Positions 17,665 to 26,808 of a DNA stretch of 39,646 bases are shown piece by piece. This DNA is from a virus (lineage: Duplodnaviria; Heunggongvirae; Uroviricota; Caudoviricetes): positions 1 through 39,646 of the IMG/VR virus record IMGVR_UViG_3300011827_000030; one strand, written 5' to 3'. The notes beneath the pieces are model-generated. The model saw nothing but the letters and a program-made list of their open reading frames with translations. It did not search any database and was not told the origin of the DNA. Numbering within the stretch: the stretch's first letter is position 1; the number at the start of each line of letters is the position of its first letter. Both the position numbers and the translations under genes were made by a program.

Positions 17665-18498
17665 ATGACAGTGAAAGCAAAGCGTTTTCGCATCGGGGTG
17701 GAAGGTGCCACCACCGACGGACGCGAAATCCAGCGTGAATGGCTGGAACAGATGGCAGCCAGCTACAACCCGGCGGTGTACACCGCGCTGATTAACCTTG
17801 AGCACATCAAGTCTTATCTGCCGGACAGCACCTTTAACCGCTACGGCAAGGTGACGGCGCTGTTTGCTGAAGAAATCACGGAAGGTCCGCTGGCAGGCAA
17901 GATGGCGCTGTATGCCGATGTTGAGCCAACGGAGTCCCTGGTGGAGCTGGTGAAAAAAGGCCAGAAATTATTCACCTCTATGGAAGTCAGCCCGAAGTTC
18001 GCTGATACGGGCAAAGCCTACCTGGTTGGCCTGGCCGCCACTGATGATCCAGCCAGTCTGGGTACGGAAATGCTGACATTCAGCGCCAGCGCAGCCCATA
18101 ACCCGCTGGCAAACCGCAAGCAGAATCCCGCCAATCTTTTTACCGCTGCAGAGGAAACGGTGATCGAACTGGAAGAAGTCCAGGACGAAAAACCATCCCT
18201 GTTTGCCCGTGTCACGGCGCTGTTCACCAAAAAAGAGCAGTCCGATGATGCCCGGTTCTCTGATGTGCATAAGGCCGTGGAGCTGGTTGCCACTGAGCAG
18301 CAAAACCTGAGTGCGCGCACCGAAAAATCCCTGTCTGAACAGGAAGAACGCCTGTCTGAGCTGGAGACAGCCCTGCAGGCACAGCTGACAGCTTTTAACG
18401 AACTGGTGGACAAGCTGAGCCATGAAGACAGCCGCCAGGACTACCGCCAGCGTGCAACAGGCGGTAACGCCCCCGCTGACACTCTGACCAATTGCTGA
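17665..18498 (+). CDS. O: Capsid scaffolding protein (P2 gpO-like)
   Basis: 277 aa; RBS ACGGAG; conserved position before the major capsid gene. Confidence 0.85.
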   Translation: MTVKAKRFRIGVEGATTDGREIQREWLEQMAASYNPAVYTALINLEHIKSYLPDSTFNRYGKVTALFAEEITEGPLAGKMALYADVEPTESLVELVKKGQKLFTSMEVSPKFADTGKAYLVGLAATDDPASLGTEMLTFSASAAHNPLANRKQNPANLFTAAEETVIELEEVQDEKPSLFARVTALFTKKEQSDDARFSDVHKAVELVATEQQNLSARTEKSLSEQEERLSELETALQAQLTAFNELVDKLSHEDSRQDYRQRATGGNAPADTLTNC

Positions 18499-18514
18499 TG
18501 GAGCACAAAACCTG

Positions 18515-19573
18515 ATGAAGAAGAATACCCGCTTTGCTTTTAACGCTTACCTGCAGCAGCTGGCGCGTCTGAACGGTGTGGCAGTTGAAGAACTGTCCAG
18601 CAAGTTCACCGTGGAGCCGTCTGTACAGCAGACGCTGGAAGACCAGATCCAGCAGTCCGCCGCTTTCCTGACGCTGATTAACGTCACGCCAGTGACTGAG
18701 CAGTCCGGTCAGCTGCTGGGGCTGGGTGTTGGCAGCACCATTGCCGGAACCACTGACACCACCGCGAAAGAGCGTGAACCTGTCGATCCGACGCTGATGG
18801 TCGATGTGGAATACAAATGCGAGCAGACCAACTTTGACACGGTGCTGACCTACGCGAAGCTGGACCTGTGGGCGAAGTTTCAGGATTTCCAGGTGCGTAT
18901 TCGTGACGCCATCGTGAAACGTCAGGCACTGGACCGCATCATGATCGGCTTTAACGGCGTGAAGCGTGCGAAAACCTCCAACCGTAGCGAAAACCCGCTA
19001 CTGCAGGATGTGAATAAAGGCTGGCTGCAGAAAATCCGTGAGGATGCACCGGATCACGTCATGGGCAGCACCACCACGGGCGGTGAAACCACACCGGGTG
19101 CAGTGAAAGTCGGGAAAGGTGGCGAATATGCCAACCTGGACGCCGTGGTGATGGATGCCGTTAACGAGCTTATCGACGTGGTCTATCAGGACGATGACGA
19201 TCTGGTGGTGATTTGCGGTCGTGAACTGCTATCTGACAAGTATTTCCCGCTGGTCAACAAAGAGCAGGAAAACAGTGAAAAACTGGCTGCCGATATGATC
19301 ATCAGTCAGAAACGCATGGGTGGCCTGCAGGCCGTGCGTGCGCCGTTCTTCCCGCCGAATGCGCTGCTGATCACCCGTCTGGATAACCTGTCCATCTACT
19401 GGCAGGAAGACACCCGCCGCCGTTCAGTTATCGACAACCCGAAACGTGACCGGATTGAAAACTTTGAATCCGTTAACGAAGCCTATGTGGTTGAGGACTA
19501 CCGCTGCGCCGCACTGGTGGAAAACATCCAGATTGGTGATTTCAGCGCCGCCGCAGCCGAAACAGGAGCGTAA
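18515..19573 (+). CDS. N: Major capsid protein (P2 gpN-like)
   Basis: 352 aa; N-terminus ...TRFAFNAYLQQLARLNGV...KFTVEPSVQQTL resembles P2 N as recalled. Confidence 0.9.
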   Translation: MKKNTRFAFNAYLQQLARLNGVAVEELSSKFTVEPSVQQTLEDQIQQSAAFLTLINVTPVTEQSGQLLGLGVGSTIAGTTDTTAKEREPVDPTLMVDVEYKCEQTNFDTVLTYAKLDLWAKFQDFQVRIRDAIVKRQALDRIMIGFNGVKRAKTSNRSENPLLQDVNKGWLQKIREDAPDHVMGSTTTGGETTPGAVKVGKGGEYANLDAVVMDAVNELIDVVYQDDDDLVVICGRELLSDKYFPLVNKEQENSEKLAADMIISQKRMGGLQAVRAPFFPPNALLITRLDNLSIYWQEDTRRRSVIDNPKRDRIENFESVNEAYVVEDYRCAALVENIQIGDFSAAAAETGA

Positions 19574-19576
19574 TCC

Positions 19577-20227
19577 ATGAGCCTGAGTCCCGCACGGCAG
19601 CATCGCCTGCGCGTTCAGGCTGAACAGGCCGCCCGCGAGGGCGGCAGTGTTCGCCACGCATCGGGCTATGACCTGATGCTGCTGCAACTGGCGGAAGACC
19701 GCCGCCGTCTCAAGGGCGTTCAGTCCACGGTCAAAAAAGCGGAAATCAAGGTGGAGCTGCTGCCGAAGTACGCCGCCTGGGCAGAGGGTGTCCTGGCTGC
19801 CGGAGGCGCTCAACAGGATGACGTGCTGATGTACGTGATGCTGTGGCGCATTGATGCCGGAGATTATGCCGGAGCGCTGGAGATCGGGCGTCATGCCCTG
19901 CGTCATGGCTGGGTGATGCCGCTGGGTAACCGCAACGTGCAGACCGTGCTGGCAGAGGAAATGGCAGACGCCGCGCAGAGCGCAATGCTTGCCGCCACCG
20001 GCTTTGATGCTGATCTGTTGCTGCAGACGCTGGAGCTGACAGACGGTCTGGATATGCCGGACCAGTCACGGGCGCGTCTGCATAAAGCGATTGGCGCTGT
20101 CCTGAGTGAAAGCAATCCGGCGTCCGCCCTTAATCATCTCAACCATGCGTTACAGCTCGATCCCCGCTGTGGCGTGAAAAAAGACAAACAGCAGCTGGAG
20201 CGCAGACTGCGCAATGACAGCCGCTGA
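19577..20227 (+). CDS. M: Terminase small (endonuclease) subunit (P2 gpM-like)
   Basis: 216 aa; RBS AGGAGCG; position after N. Confidence 0.8.
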   Translation: MSLSPARQHRLRVQAEQAAREGGSVRHASGYDLMLLQLAEDRRRLKGVQSTVKKAEIKVELLPKYAAWAEGVLAAGGAQQDDVLMYVMLWRIDAGDYAGALEIGRHALRHGWVMPLGNRNVQTVLAEEMADAAQSAMLAATGFDADLLLQTLELTDGLDMPDQSRARLHKAIGAVLSESNPASALNHLNHALQLDPRCGVKKDKQQLERRLRNDSR

Positions 20228-20322
20228 CAGAACGTGCCCCCGCGCACGGGCGGCACGGGGTGGCGAAAGGCACAGCCTCATCAAAACCCCGTCCACCGCC
20301 CTCTATTTCAGGAGAAAGCAGC

Positions 20323-20787
20323 ATGAAGTTTGTTGCGCCAGAACAGGCACCGGAACAGGCGGAAATCATCAGAAATACGCCGTTCTGGCCTGATGTGGAC
20401 CTGTCGGAGTTTCGCAGTGTCATGCGCACTGACGGCACGGTGACGCAGCCGCGTTTAAAGCAGGTTGCCCTGTCGGCAATTTCGGAGGTCAACGCAGAGC
20501 TGTATGAGTTTCGCAGACGCCAGCAGATGCTGGGGTATGCCTCGCTGGCAGAGGTTCCGGCGGAACAGCTGGACGGGAAAAGTGAGCGCATTCAGCACTA
20601 TTTCAACGCGGTTTACTGCTGGGCACGCGCCATGCTCAACGAACGATACCAGGACTATGACGCCACGGCATCCGGTGTGAAGCGAGGCGAAGAACTGGCG
20701 GAAGCCAGCGGTGATTTGTGGCGTGACGCCCGCTGGGCCATCAGCCGGGTGCAGGATGCGCCGCACTGCACAGTGGAGCTTATCTGA
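20323..20787 (+). CDS. L: Head completion/stabilisation protein (P2 gpL-like)
   Basis: 154 aa from ATG 20323 with RBS AGGAGAAAG; position after M. Confidence 0.8.
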   Translation: MKFVAPEQAPEQAEIIRNTPFWPDVDLSEFRSVMRTDGTVTQPRLKQVALSAISEVNAELYEFRRRQQMLGYASLAEVPAEQLDGKSERIQHYFNAVYCWARAMLNERYQDYDATASGVKRGEELAEASGDLWRDARWAISRVQDAPHCTVELI

Positions 20788-20990
20788 TGAAAGTGCGTGC
20801 GTATCAGTATGACACGGTGGACGCGCTTTGCTGGCGTCATTACGGGCGCACGCAGGGTGTCACGGAGCAGGTACTGAAGGCAAATCCGGGGCTTGCCGAA
20901 TACGGCCCCTTTTTACCTCACGGGCTGCAGGTGGAGCTGCCGGACATACCGACCACCACCACCGTGCAGACCGTCCAGCTATGGGACTGA
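20787..20990 (+). CDS. X: Tail protein X (P2 gpX-like)
   Basis: 67 aa, same length as P2 X; start overlaps the L stop. Confidence 0.75.
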   Translation: MKVRAYQYDTVDALCWRHYGRTQGVTEQVLKANPGLAEYGPFLPHGLQVELPDIPTTTTVQTVQLWD

Positions 20991-20993
20991 ATT

Positions 20994-21209
20994 ATGACGC
21001 TTGAGCGAATCAGCGCCTTTATCACGTATTGCATCGCCGTCGTGCTGGCCTGGCTGGGCGATTTGTCCATCAAGGATGCCTCAACGCTGGGCGGCCTGAT
21101 GATTGGTGTGCTGATGCTGGCTATCAACTGGTACTACAAACACAAAGCCTACCAGCTTCTGCGCGACGGGCAGATCTCGCGGGAGGACTATGAATCCATC
21201 AATCGTTAA
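20994..21209 (+). CDS. Holin (two predicted TM segments)
   Basis: 71 aa with hydrophobic segments ISAFITYCIAVVLAWLG and LGGLMIGVLMLAINWYY and a charged C-terminus; directly precedes the endolysin. Confidence 0.7.
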   Translation: MTLERISAFITYCIAVVLAWLGDLSIKDASTLGGLMIGVLMLAINWYYKHKAYQLLRDGQISREDYESINR

Positions 21210-21705
21210 ACGCTGCCTTGTCGGGGCCGTGCTGGCTATTGCTGCCACGCTGCCGGGTTTTCAGCAGCTTCACACCTCCGTGGAGGGGCTGAAACTGATT
21301 GCCGATTACGAAGGCTGTCGTCTGCAGCCGTATCAGTGCAGCGCGGGTGTCTGGACCGACGGCATTGGTAATACATCGGGCGTCATTCCCGGCAAAACAA
21401 TCACGGAACGACAGGCAGCAGAAGGGCTGATCTCCAACGTGCTGCGTGTGGAGCGGGCACTGGAAAGGTGTGTGAAGCAACAGCCACCACAGAAGGTGTA
21501 TGACGCTACGGTGTCGTTTGCCTTCAACGTGGGGACGGGCAATGCCTGCAGCTCCACGCTGGTGAAATTGCTCAATCAGCGGCTCTGGGCGGATGCGTGC
21601 CGACAGTTGCCGCGCTGGGTTTATGTAAAAGGTGTGTTTAATCAGGGGCTGGATAACCGCCGTGCGCGGGAGATGGCCTGGTGCCTTAAAGGAGCTGGAC
21701 TATGA
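21190..21705 (+). CDS. K: Endolysin, lysozyme family, with hydrophobic N-terminal signal/SAR-like segment
   Basis: 171 aa; E-x8-C-x5-T arrangement (YEGCRLQPYQCSAGVWT) resembling the lysozyme catalytic triad; N-terminal CLVGAVLAIAATLPG; RBS GGGAGG. Confidence 0.85.
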   Translation: MNPSIVKRCLVGAVLAIAATLPGFQQLHTSVEGLKLIADYEGCRLQPYQCSAGVWTDGIGNTSGVIPGKTITERQAAEGLISNVLRVERALERCVKQQPPQKVYDATVSFAFNVGTGNACSSTLVKLLNQRLWADACRQLPRWVYVKGVFNQGLDNRRAREMAWCLKGAGL

Positions 21706-22130
21706 CGCGTGCGCTGGCAGTAGTGGTGGCGCTGATACTCGTTGCGCTGGGCTGGCAGTCGTGGCGGCTTAACAGCGCCAGCCACACCATCGAAACGCAG
21801 CGCGCGGCGCTAGAAAGTAAAGCGCAGGAACTAACGAAGAAAAATAGCCAGTTGATCAGTCTGTCCATTCTGGCTGAAACCAACAACCGGGAGCAGGCGC
21901 GGCTCTATGCCGAATCAGAACAGACCAGCGCGCTGCTGAGACAACGACAACACCGGATCGAGGAACTGAAACGTGAGAACGAGGATTTACGCCGCTGGGC
22001 TGATATTCCTTTGCCTGCTGACATTATCCGGCTGCGGGAACGTCCGACACTCACCGGAGGTGCAGCTTACCGTCAGTGGTTGTCCGCGAGTGACGCCGTG
22101 TCGGCTGGATCAGGCAACGCCGCGCACTAA
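21702..22130 (+). CDS. lysB: i-spanin (Rz-like, P2 LysB-like)
   Basis: 142 aa; N-terminal TM (LAVVVALILVALGW) then coiled-coil periplasmic domain; follows the endolysin. Confidence 0.8.
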   Translation: MTRALAVVVALILVALGWQSWRLNSASHTIETQRAALESKAQELTKKNSQLISLSILAETNNREQARLYAESEQTSALLRQRQHRIEELKRENEDLRRWADIPLPADIIRLRERPTLTGGAAYRQWLSASDAVSAGSGNAAH

Positions 22131-22263
22131 CGGTGATCTGAACGCGTTGCTGGATGAAACGGAGGCCGCCTGGGCGGTCTGTGCAGACAAAGTGGATATG
22201 ATTATTGCTTGTCAGGAGCGAAACAGTGAACAAACCACAATCCCTGCGCCACGCCCTCAATAA
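21973..22263 (+). CDS. lysC: o-spanin lipoprotein (Rz1-like, P2 LysC-like), in an alternate frame overlapping lysB
   Basis: 96 aa from GTG; lipobox LTLSGC after a hydrophobic signal; proline-rich mature part; begins inside lysB in another frame. Confidence 0.7.
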   Translation: MRTRIYAAGLIFLCLLTLSGCGNVRHSPEVQLTVSGCPRVTPCRLDQATPRTNGDLNALLDETEAAWAVCADKVDMIIACQERNSEQTTIPAPRPQ

Positions 22264-22657
22264 AGCGGTGCCTTATGTCCGCAATAACCCGGACAAACTG
22301 CATCTGTTTGTGGATAACGGTTCGCTGGTTGCCACGGGGGCCAGCTCCATGTCATGGGAGTACCGCTACACCCTGAACGTGGTGATTGAGGATTTCAGCG
22401 GCGACCAGAATCTGCTGATGGCCCCGGTTTTGCTGTGGTTGCGGGATAACCAGCCCGATGCCATCAATAACCCGGCGTTACGGGAAAAGCTATTCACCTT
22501 TGAGGTGGATATTCTGCGCAACGATGTCTGTGATATCAGCCTTAACCTGCAACTGACGGAGCGTGTGCTGGTCAGCACTGACGGCAGTGTGTCGAACGTT
22601 GAAGCGGTAGCGGAACCTGATGAACCTGAAGAAATGTGGACGGTGAAACGTGGCTGA
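22226..22657 (+). CDS. R: Tail completion protein (P2 gpR-like)
   Basis: GTG start with AGGAG RBS 7 nt upstream; about 143 aa; position before S. Confidence 0.75.
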   Translation: MNKPQSLRHALNKAVPYVRNNPDKLHLFVDNGSLVATGASSMSWEYRYTLNVVIEDFSGDQNLLMAPVLLWLRDNQPDAINNPALREKLFTFEVDILRNDVCDISLNLQLTERVLVSTDGSVSNVEAVAEPDEPEEMWTVKRG

Positions 22658-23093
22658 ACTGCAGAAGGTGGACGACTGGCTGAGTGCATTATTGGCGAAT
22701 CTGGAGCCAGCCGCAAGAAGCCGCATGATGCGCCAGCTGGCGCAGGAACTGCGCCGGACACAGCAGCAGAACATCAGGATGCAGCGCAATCCAGATGGCA
22801 GCAGTTATGAGCCGCGCAGGGCAACAGCACGCAGCAAAAAGGGGCGCATCAAACGTCAGATGTTTACAAAGCTGCGCACCTCTAAATACCTTCAAACTAC
22901 CGCCAGCGCCGATTCTGCCAGCGTGCAGTTTGAAGGTAAGGTGCAGCGCATTGCACGCGTTCACCATTACGGCCTGCGTGATCGCGTCAGTCGTCATAGT
23001 TTTAAAGTGAAATATGCGCAACGGCGTCTTCTAGGCGTTAATAAAGACATAGAAATTTGGGTTCGAAACACACTGATGCACTGGCTTGTTTAG
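22650..23093 (+). CDS. S: Tail completion / virion morphogenesis protein (P2 gpS-like)
   Basis: 147 aa from a GTG overlapping the R stop; position as in P2. Confidence 0.75.
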   Translation: MAELQKVDDWLSALLANLEPAARSRMMRQLAQELRRTQQQNIRMQRNPDGSSYEPRRATARSKKGRIKRQMFTKLRTSKYLQTTASADSASVQFEGKVQRIARVHHYGLRDRVSRHSFKVKYAQRRLLGVNKDIEIWVRNTLMHWLV

Positions 23094-23118
23094 TGCTTCA
23101 GTGTGTTAAAACAGAAGA

Positions 23119-24870
23119 CTATTGGTTGAATATAAAGCTGATAATATTTTCAGGAGTGAGCTCTATGTTTTTTTTATTAAGTTTTTGAATGTACATTTTA
23201 TATTTCATTTCAACGTTTCGGAAGCCTTGCGCAACAGAAAGTATTTCTACAGGATGAGATGAAAGCTTTATTAAGGAGTTAATGACTGCATCTAGGTAGA
23301 TGTGAGCATGTTCAACTAAAACATTTGTTTTTGATGGGGTTTTTCCAGTGTGAACTATCAAGTTTCTAGTTCTATATATTCTCCTAATTTGCCAGTTGAT
23401 TCTTTCTGCATGATTTTTAAGTGCCTGATACATAGTATCAGTTGAGGAAATTAAATTGCTAATATATTCAAATCTCTCTTTCAATAACGGAAATTGTGAG
23501 AGTTCTATCTTAAACTGATTGATGCTAGGGGCATGTTCTTGCGAAGCAACAAGAATTACAAATGATTTGGCTGCATCGCTATCTCCAATTAGTCTTAGAA
23601 GTGACATGGTTCGAGGATGATTCCATCGTTGTAAGTCTTTTATAAGATTCCTTACTAGGTCTTCAATATAATTCAGGTTTAAAAATGGTGTTAATGAATT
23701 AACGATATGTTCTATCGTGGATTGTTCTTCTTTTTTTGATTCGTCGGGGATGAGTGATTCAATAGCAATCCATAAATTTAAAAGCTGATTTTCTACAGCA
23801 TTTGTCTGTAGTGCCATTGAATGTAATTGTACACTTCTTATGAATTTATTGAAAGAATCCTTGCGCATTCTGAAATTATTCATGAATTGTTCGAGTCTTC
23901 TGCTTGCGTGTTCCTGAACCAGATCCTTGCAGCGGTGCATTGGGTTTATGCTGCTTCTTATATTGATTTTTTCACCATTTTCACTAACTACAATGTTCTC
24001 TGCAGACCATGATGCTTCTTGCTTATGATGATAGAGAGAAAGCAAAGTTGATGCGAGCTTTAAGTTTCTTTCAGCTACCCTTCTAGCCGTGAATGGATCA
24101 AGTGCTTTAACATGCTTAACTAAAATAGTTCGTTGTTCATGATTATCGAAGAAATCTGTTTCATTAATATTTTCGGGGGTTTCAAGAACAACCTCAATTT
24201 CTAATTGTGATAAGCATGGAGTAATATAACTAAAAGATTTGTCAGCATTGAAATAAACTGAATATTCTTGTGTCTCTGAGGGGATGTTCTCTAGGAATGT
24301 AATAATCTCTTCATTTGAACTGATCTCTCGTTCTCTTTGGAAGAAATGTTTTTTTAGACTTTCCATCAAATATTCTTGACTTAATCCTTTTGATATTAGG
24401 TGGGTAATCAACAGTCTTGTAAACTTTCGAATTTTATTTGGGTTGTATTCTGAAGTTATTGTAGAGCAAAGTTCACTGATGAGTTTGCTTTCATAATTAT
24501 CAACATTAAGTTGAACTCTCAGTAATTCAAGAGTTATTTTTAGATTTTTATTTCCTAACTGATTGTTTTGGAGTTGATCTAAAAATGAACCTAAAGGGTT
24601 TTTTAGAAGACTGATTGCGATGTCATCATTCTTAATATTTTTAGTTAATTCGTCAATGACGTGGGATATATGTGCGGGGCTTATGTTGCCTTTTTCTATA
24701 TCATCGATTGTTGATATTGCTTCTATACATAAACTTGGAGTGTTCATTATAGAAGGTTTATATGTACTATGGGTGTAATCAAAGAGAAGTTCCTCCATTA
24801 ACTCGGTGAAATAAATAAGCGCAGTGCATTGTTCAATATGATTCCAGTTGTGTAGTCTTCTAAATTTCAT
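23119..24870 (-). CDS. Cargo protein with C-terminal HEPN-like RNxxxH motif (candidate abortive-infection RNase), inserted between S and V
   Basis: 583 aa from ATG 24870 (RBS AAGG upstream; the listed ORF extends to a TTG at 24990); motif IRRIYRTRNLIVHTG encoded at 23350-23373; opposite strand to flanking tail genes; AT-rich. Confidence 0.7.
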   Translation of the reverse strand: MKFRRLHNWNHIEQCTALIYFTELMEELLFDYTHSTYKPSIMNTPSLCIEAISTIDDIEKGNISPAHISHVIDELTKNIKNDDIAISLLKNPLGSFLDQLQNNQLGNKNLKITLELLRVQLNVDNYESKLISELCSTITSEYNPNKIRKFTRLLITHLISKGLSQEYLMESLKKHFFQREREISSNEEIITFLENIPSETQEYSVYFNADKSFSYITPCLSQLEIEVVLETPENINETDFFDNHEQRTILVKHVKALDPFTARRVAERNLKLASTLLSLYHHKQEASWSAENIVVSENGEKINIRSSINPMHRCKDLVQEHASRRLEQFMNNFRMRKDSFNKFIRSVQLHSMALQTNAVENQLLNLWIAIESLIPDESKKEEQSTIEHIVNSLTPFLNLNYIEDLVRNLIKDLQRWNHPRTMSLLRLIGDSDAAKSFVILVASQEHAPSINQFKIELSQFPLLKERFEYISNLISSTDTMYQALKNHAERINWQIRRIYRTRNLIVHTGKTPSKTNVLVEHAHIYLDAVINSLIKLSSHPVEILSVAQGFRNVEMKYKMYIQKLNKKNIELTPENIISFIFNQ

Positions 24871-24914
24871 ATTAATACCTTGTTTTGTGAAGCTTGAATT
24901 TACCTTTAGCGCAT

Positions 24915-24932
24915 TGTTTGTTGCTTCATACA
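24915..24932. promoter_or_regulatory. Late-activator (Ogr) site TGT-N12-ACA upstream of V
   Basis: TGTttgttgcttcatACA, part of the longer palindrome tgtttgttgcttcatacaaaca, in the 108-bp gap between the cargo gene start and V. Confidence 0.5.
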
Positions 24933-24978
24933 AACATGGTTTGTTTGTGATCTCAAGTGTTTGATTAAGAATTTGAGA

Positions 24979-25557
24979 ATGAACGTACAACTCACGGAAA
25001 TCATGCGCCTTATCACCAATCTGATCCGCACAGGGGTAGTCACCGAAGTGGACCGGGAAAACTGGCTTTGCAGGGTGAAAACGGGCGAGCTTGAAACCAA
25101 CTGGATCAGCTGGCTGACGCTACGTGCCGGAAATGCCCGGACATGGTGGCGACCATCGGAAGGTGAGCAGGTGGTGCTGCTGAGTCTGGGCGGCAATCTG
25201 GAAACAGCCTTTGCGCTGCCCGCCATCTATTCGAATCAGTTTGCACCGCCGTCGACGTCGGCGGACGCCTGCGTGACAGAACATCCTGACGGTGGCTGGT
25301 TTGAATATGAACCCGCCACCGGGCGCTGGTATGTCAGGGGCATCAAATCAATGGTCATTGAGGCCGCTGATAACATCACCATGAAAACCAGTGAGTTTGT
25401 ACTGGAGGCTGACCGCACGCGCATTAACAGCGAAGTGGTGATCAATGGTGGCGTTACCCAGGGCGGCGGAGCGATGAGTTCTAACGGGATTGTGGTTGAT
25501 GCACATCAGCATACTGGCGTCCTGAAAGGCGGCGACACAACCGGAGGCCCGGTATGA
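24979..25557 (+). CDS. V: Baseplate spike / assembly protein (P2 gpV-like)
   Basis: Contains IRTGVVTEVD...WWRPSEGEQVVLLSLGGNLETAFALPAIYS, resembling P2 V as recalled; start ambiguous between ATG 24979 and ATG 25003. Confidence 0.8.
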   Translation: MNVQLTEIMRLITNLIRTGVVTEVDRENWLCRVKTGELETNWISWLTLRAGNARTWWRPSEGEQVVLLSLGGNLETAFALPAIYSNQFAPPSTSADACVTEHPDGGWFEYEPATGRWYVRGIKSMVIEAADNITMKTSEFVLEADRTRINSEVVINGGVTQGGGAMSSNGIVVDAHQHTGVLKGGDTTGGPV

Positions 25558-25913
25558 CGCTTTATAGCGGGATGAACAATACCAGCGGTAAAGCCATTAC
25601 TGATATTGACCATCTGCGCCAGTCGGTGCGGGACATTTTGCTGACGCCGCAGGGTAGCCGCATTGCCCGTCGGGAATATGGTTCCCTGCTGTCGGCACTG
25701 ATAGACCAGCCACAAAATCCGGCATTACGCCTGCAGGTCATGTCGGCAGTGTATGTGGCGCTGAGTCGCTGGGAGCCACGGCTGACGCTGGATTCCATCA
25801 CCATTAACAGCAATTTTGACGGTTCAATGGTGGTGGAGCTGACCGGGCGGCGTAATAACGGTGTGCCTGTTTCCCTTTCCGTATCAACAGGAGCAGAGAA
25901 TGGCAGTGATTGA
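25554..25913 (+). CDS. W: Baseplate wedge protein (P2 gpW-like, GPW/gp25 family)
   Basis: 119 aa; start overlaps the V stop; position and size as P2 W. Confidence 0.8.
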   Translation: MTLYSGMNNTSGKAITDIDHLRQSVRDILLTPQGSRIARREYGSLLSALIDQPQNPALRLQVMSAVYVALSRWEPRLTLDSITINSNFDGSMVVELTGRRNNGVPVSLSVSTGAENGSD

Positions 25914-26808
25914 CCTTTCGCAGTTGCCTGCGCCGCAGATTGTCGATGTGCCGGACTTTGAGACGCTGCTTGCCGAACGCAAGGCCGAATTTGTTGCGCT
26001 TCATCCGAAAGATGAGCAGGAAGCAGTGATCCGCACGCTGGAACTGGAATCTGAACCCGTCACCAAATTGCTTCAGGAGAACGCTTACCGTGAGTTGCTT
26101 CTGCGCCAGCGCATTAACGAAGCCGCGCATGCTGTGATGGTGGCTTACGCGATGGGCGGCGATCTTGACCAGCTCGCTGCCAACTACAACGTGAAACGCC
26201 TGACTGTGACGCCTGCTGATAATGACGCTGTGCCACCCGTTGCGGCTATGATGGAAAGCGATGAAGCGTTACGCCTGCGTGTGCCTGCAGCCTTTGAGGG
26301 GCTTTCAGTTGCGGGGCCAACTGCAGCTTATGAATTTCATGCCCGAAGCGCCGACGGTCGGGTGGCGGATGCCAGTGCAACCAGTCCGGCGCCTGCAGAG
26401 GTAGTGCTGACGGTCCTGAGTCGTGAAGGCGACGGAACAGCAGAAAAAGACTTGCTGGATGTGGTGGAGAAAGCCCTGAACAGTGAGAACGTCCGCCCGG
26501 TGGCTGACCGTCTGACGGTTCGCAGCGCAGAAATCATTCCGTATCGCGTGGAAGCCACCATTTTTCTCTATCCGGGACCGGAAGCAGAGCCGGTAATGGC
26601 AGCGGCAAAAGCCAGTCTGCAGAAGTACATTGCCAGCCAGACGAGGCTTGGTCGGGATATTCGCCGTAGCGCCATCTTTGCTGCTCTGCATGTTGAGGGT
26701 GTTCAACGTGTGGAACTGGCTTCTCCGCTGGCGGATGTGGTCCTGAACAAAACACAGGCGGCATCATGTACGCAGTGGAGCGTAACCAACGGAGGAACGG
26801 ATGAATAG
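25900..26808 (+). CDS. J: Baseplate protein (P2 gpJ-like)
   Basis: 302 aa from ATG 25900 (RBS GGAGCAGAG); position after W. Confidence 0.85.
   Translation: MAVIDLSQLPAPQIVDVPDFETLLAERKAEFVALHPKDEQEAVIRTLELESEPVTKLLQENAYRELLLRQRINEAAHAVMVAYAMGGDLDQLAANYNVKRLTVTPADNDAVPPVAAMMESDEALRLRVPAAFEGLSVAGPTAAYEFHARSADGRVADASATSPAPAEVVLTVLSREGDGTAEKDLLDVVEKALNSENVRPVADRLTVRSAEIIPYRVEATIFLYPGPEAEPVMAAAKASLQKYIASQTRLGRDIRRSAIFAALHVEGVQRVELASPLADVVLNKTQAASCTQWSVTNGGTDE

Noticed and set aside
24871-24990. N-terminal 40 codons of the listed 623-aa ORF (TTG start at 24990)
   Set aside because: The extension has no RBS, would overlap the V start and cover the late-activator site at 24915-24932; the internal ATG at 24870 with an AAGG RBS is the more plausible start.
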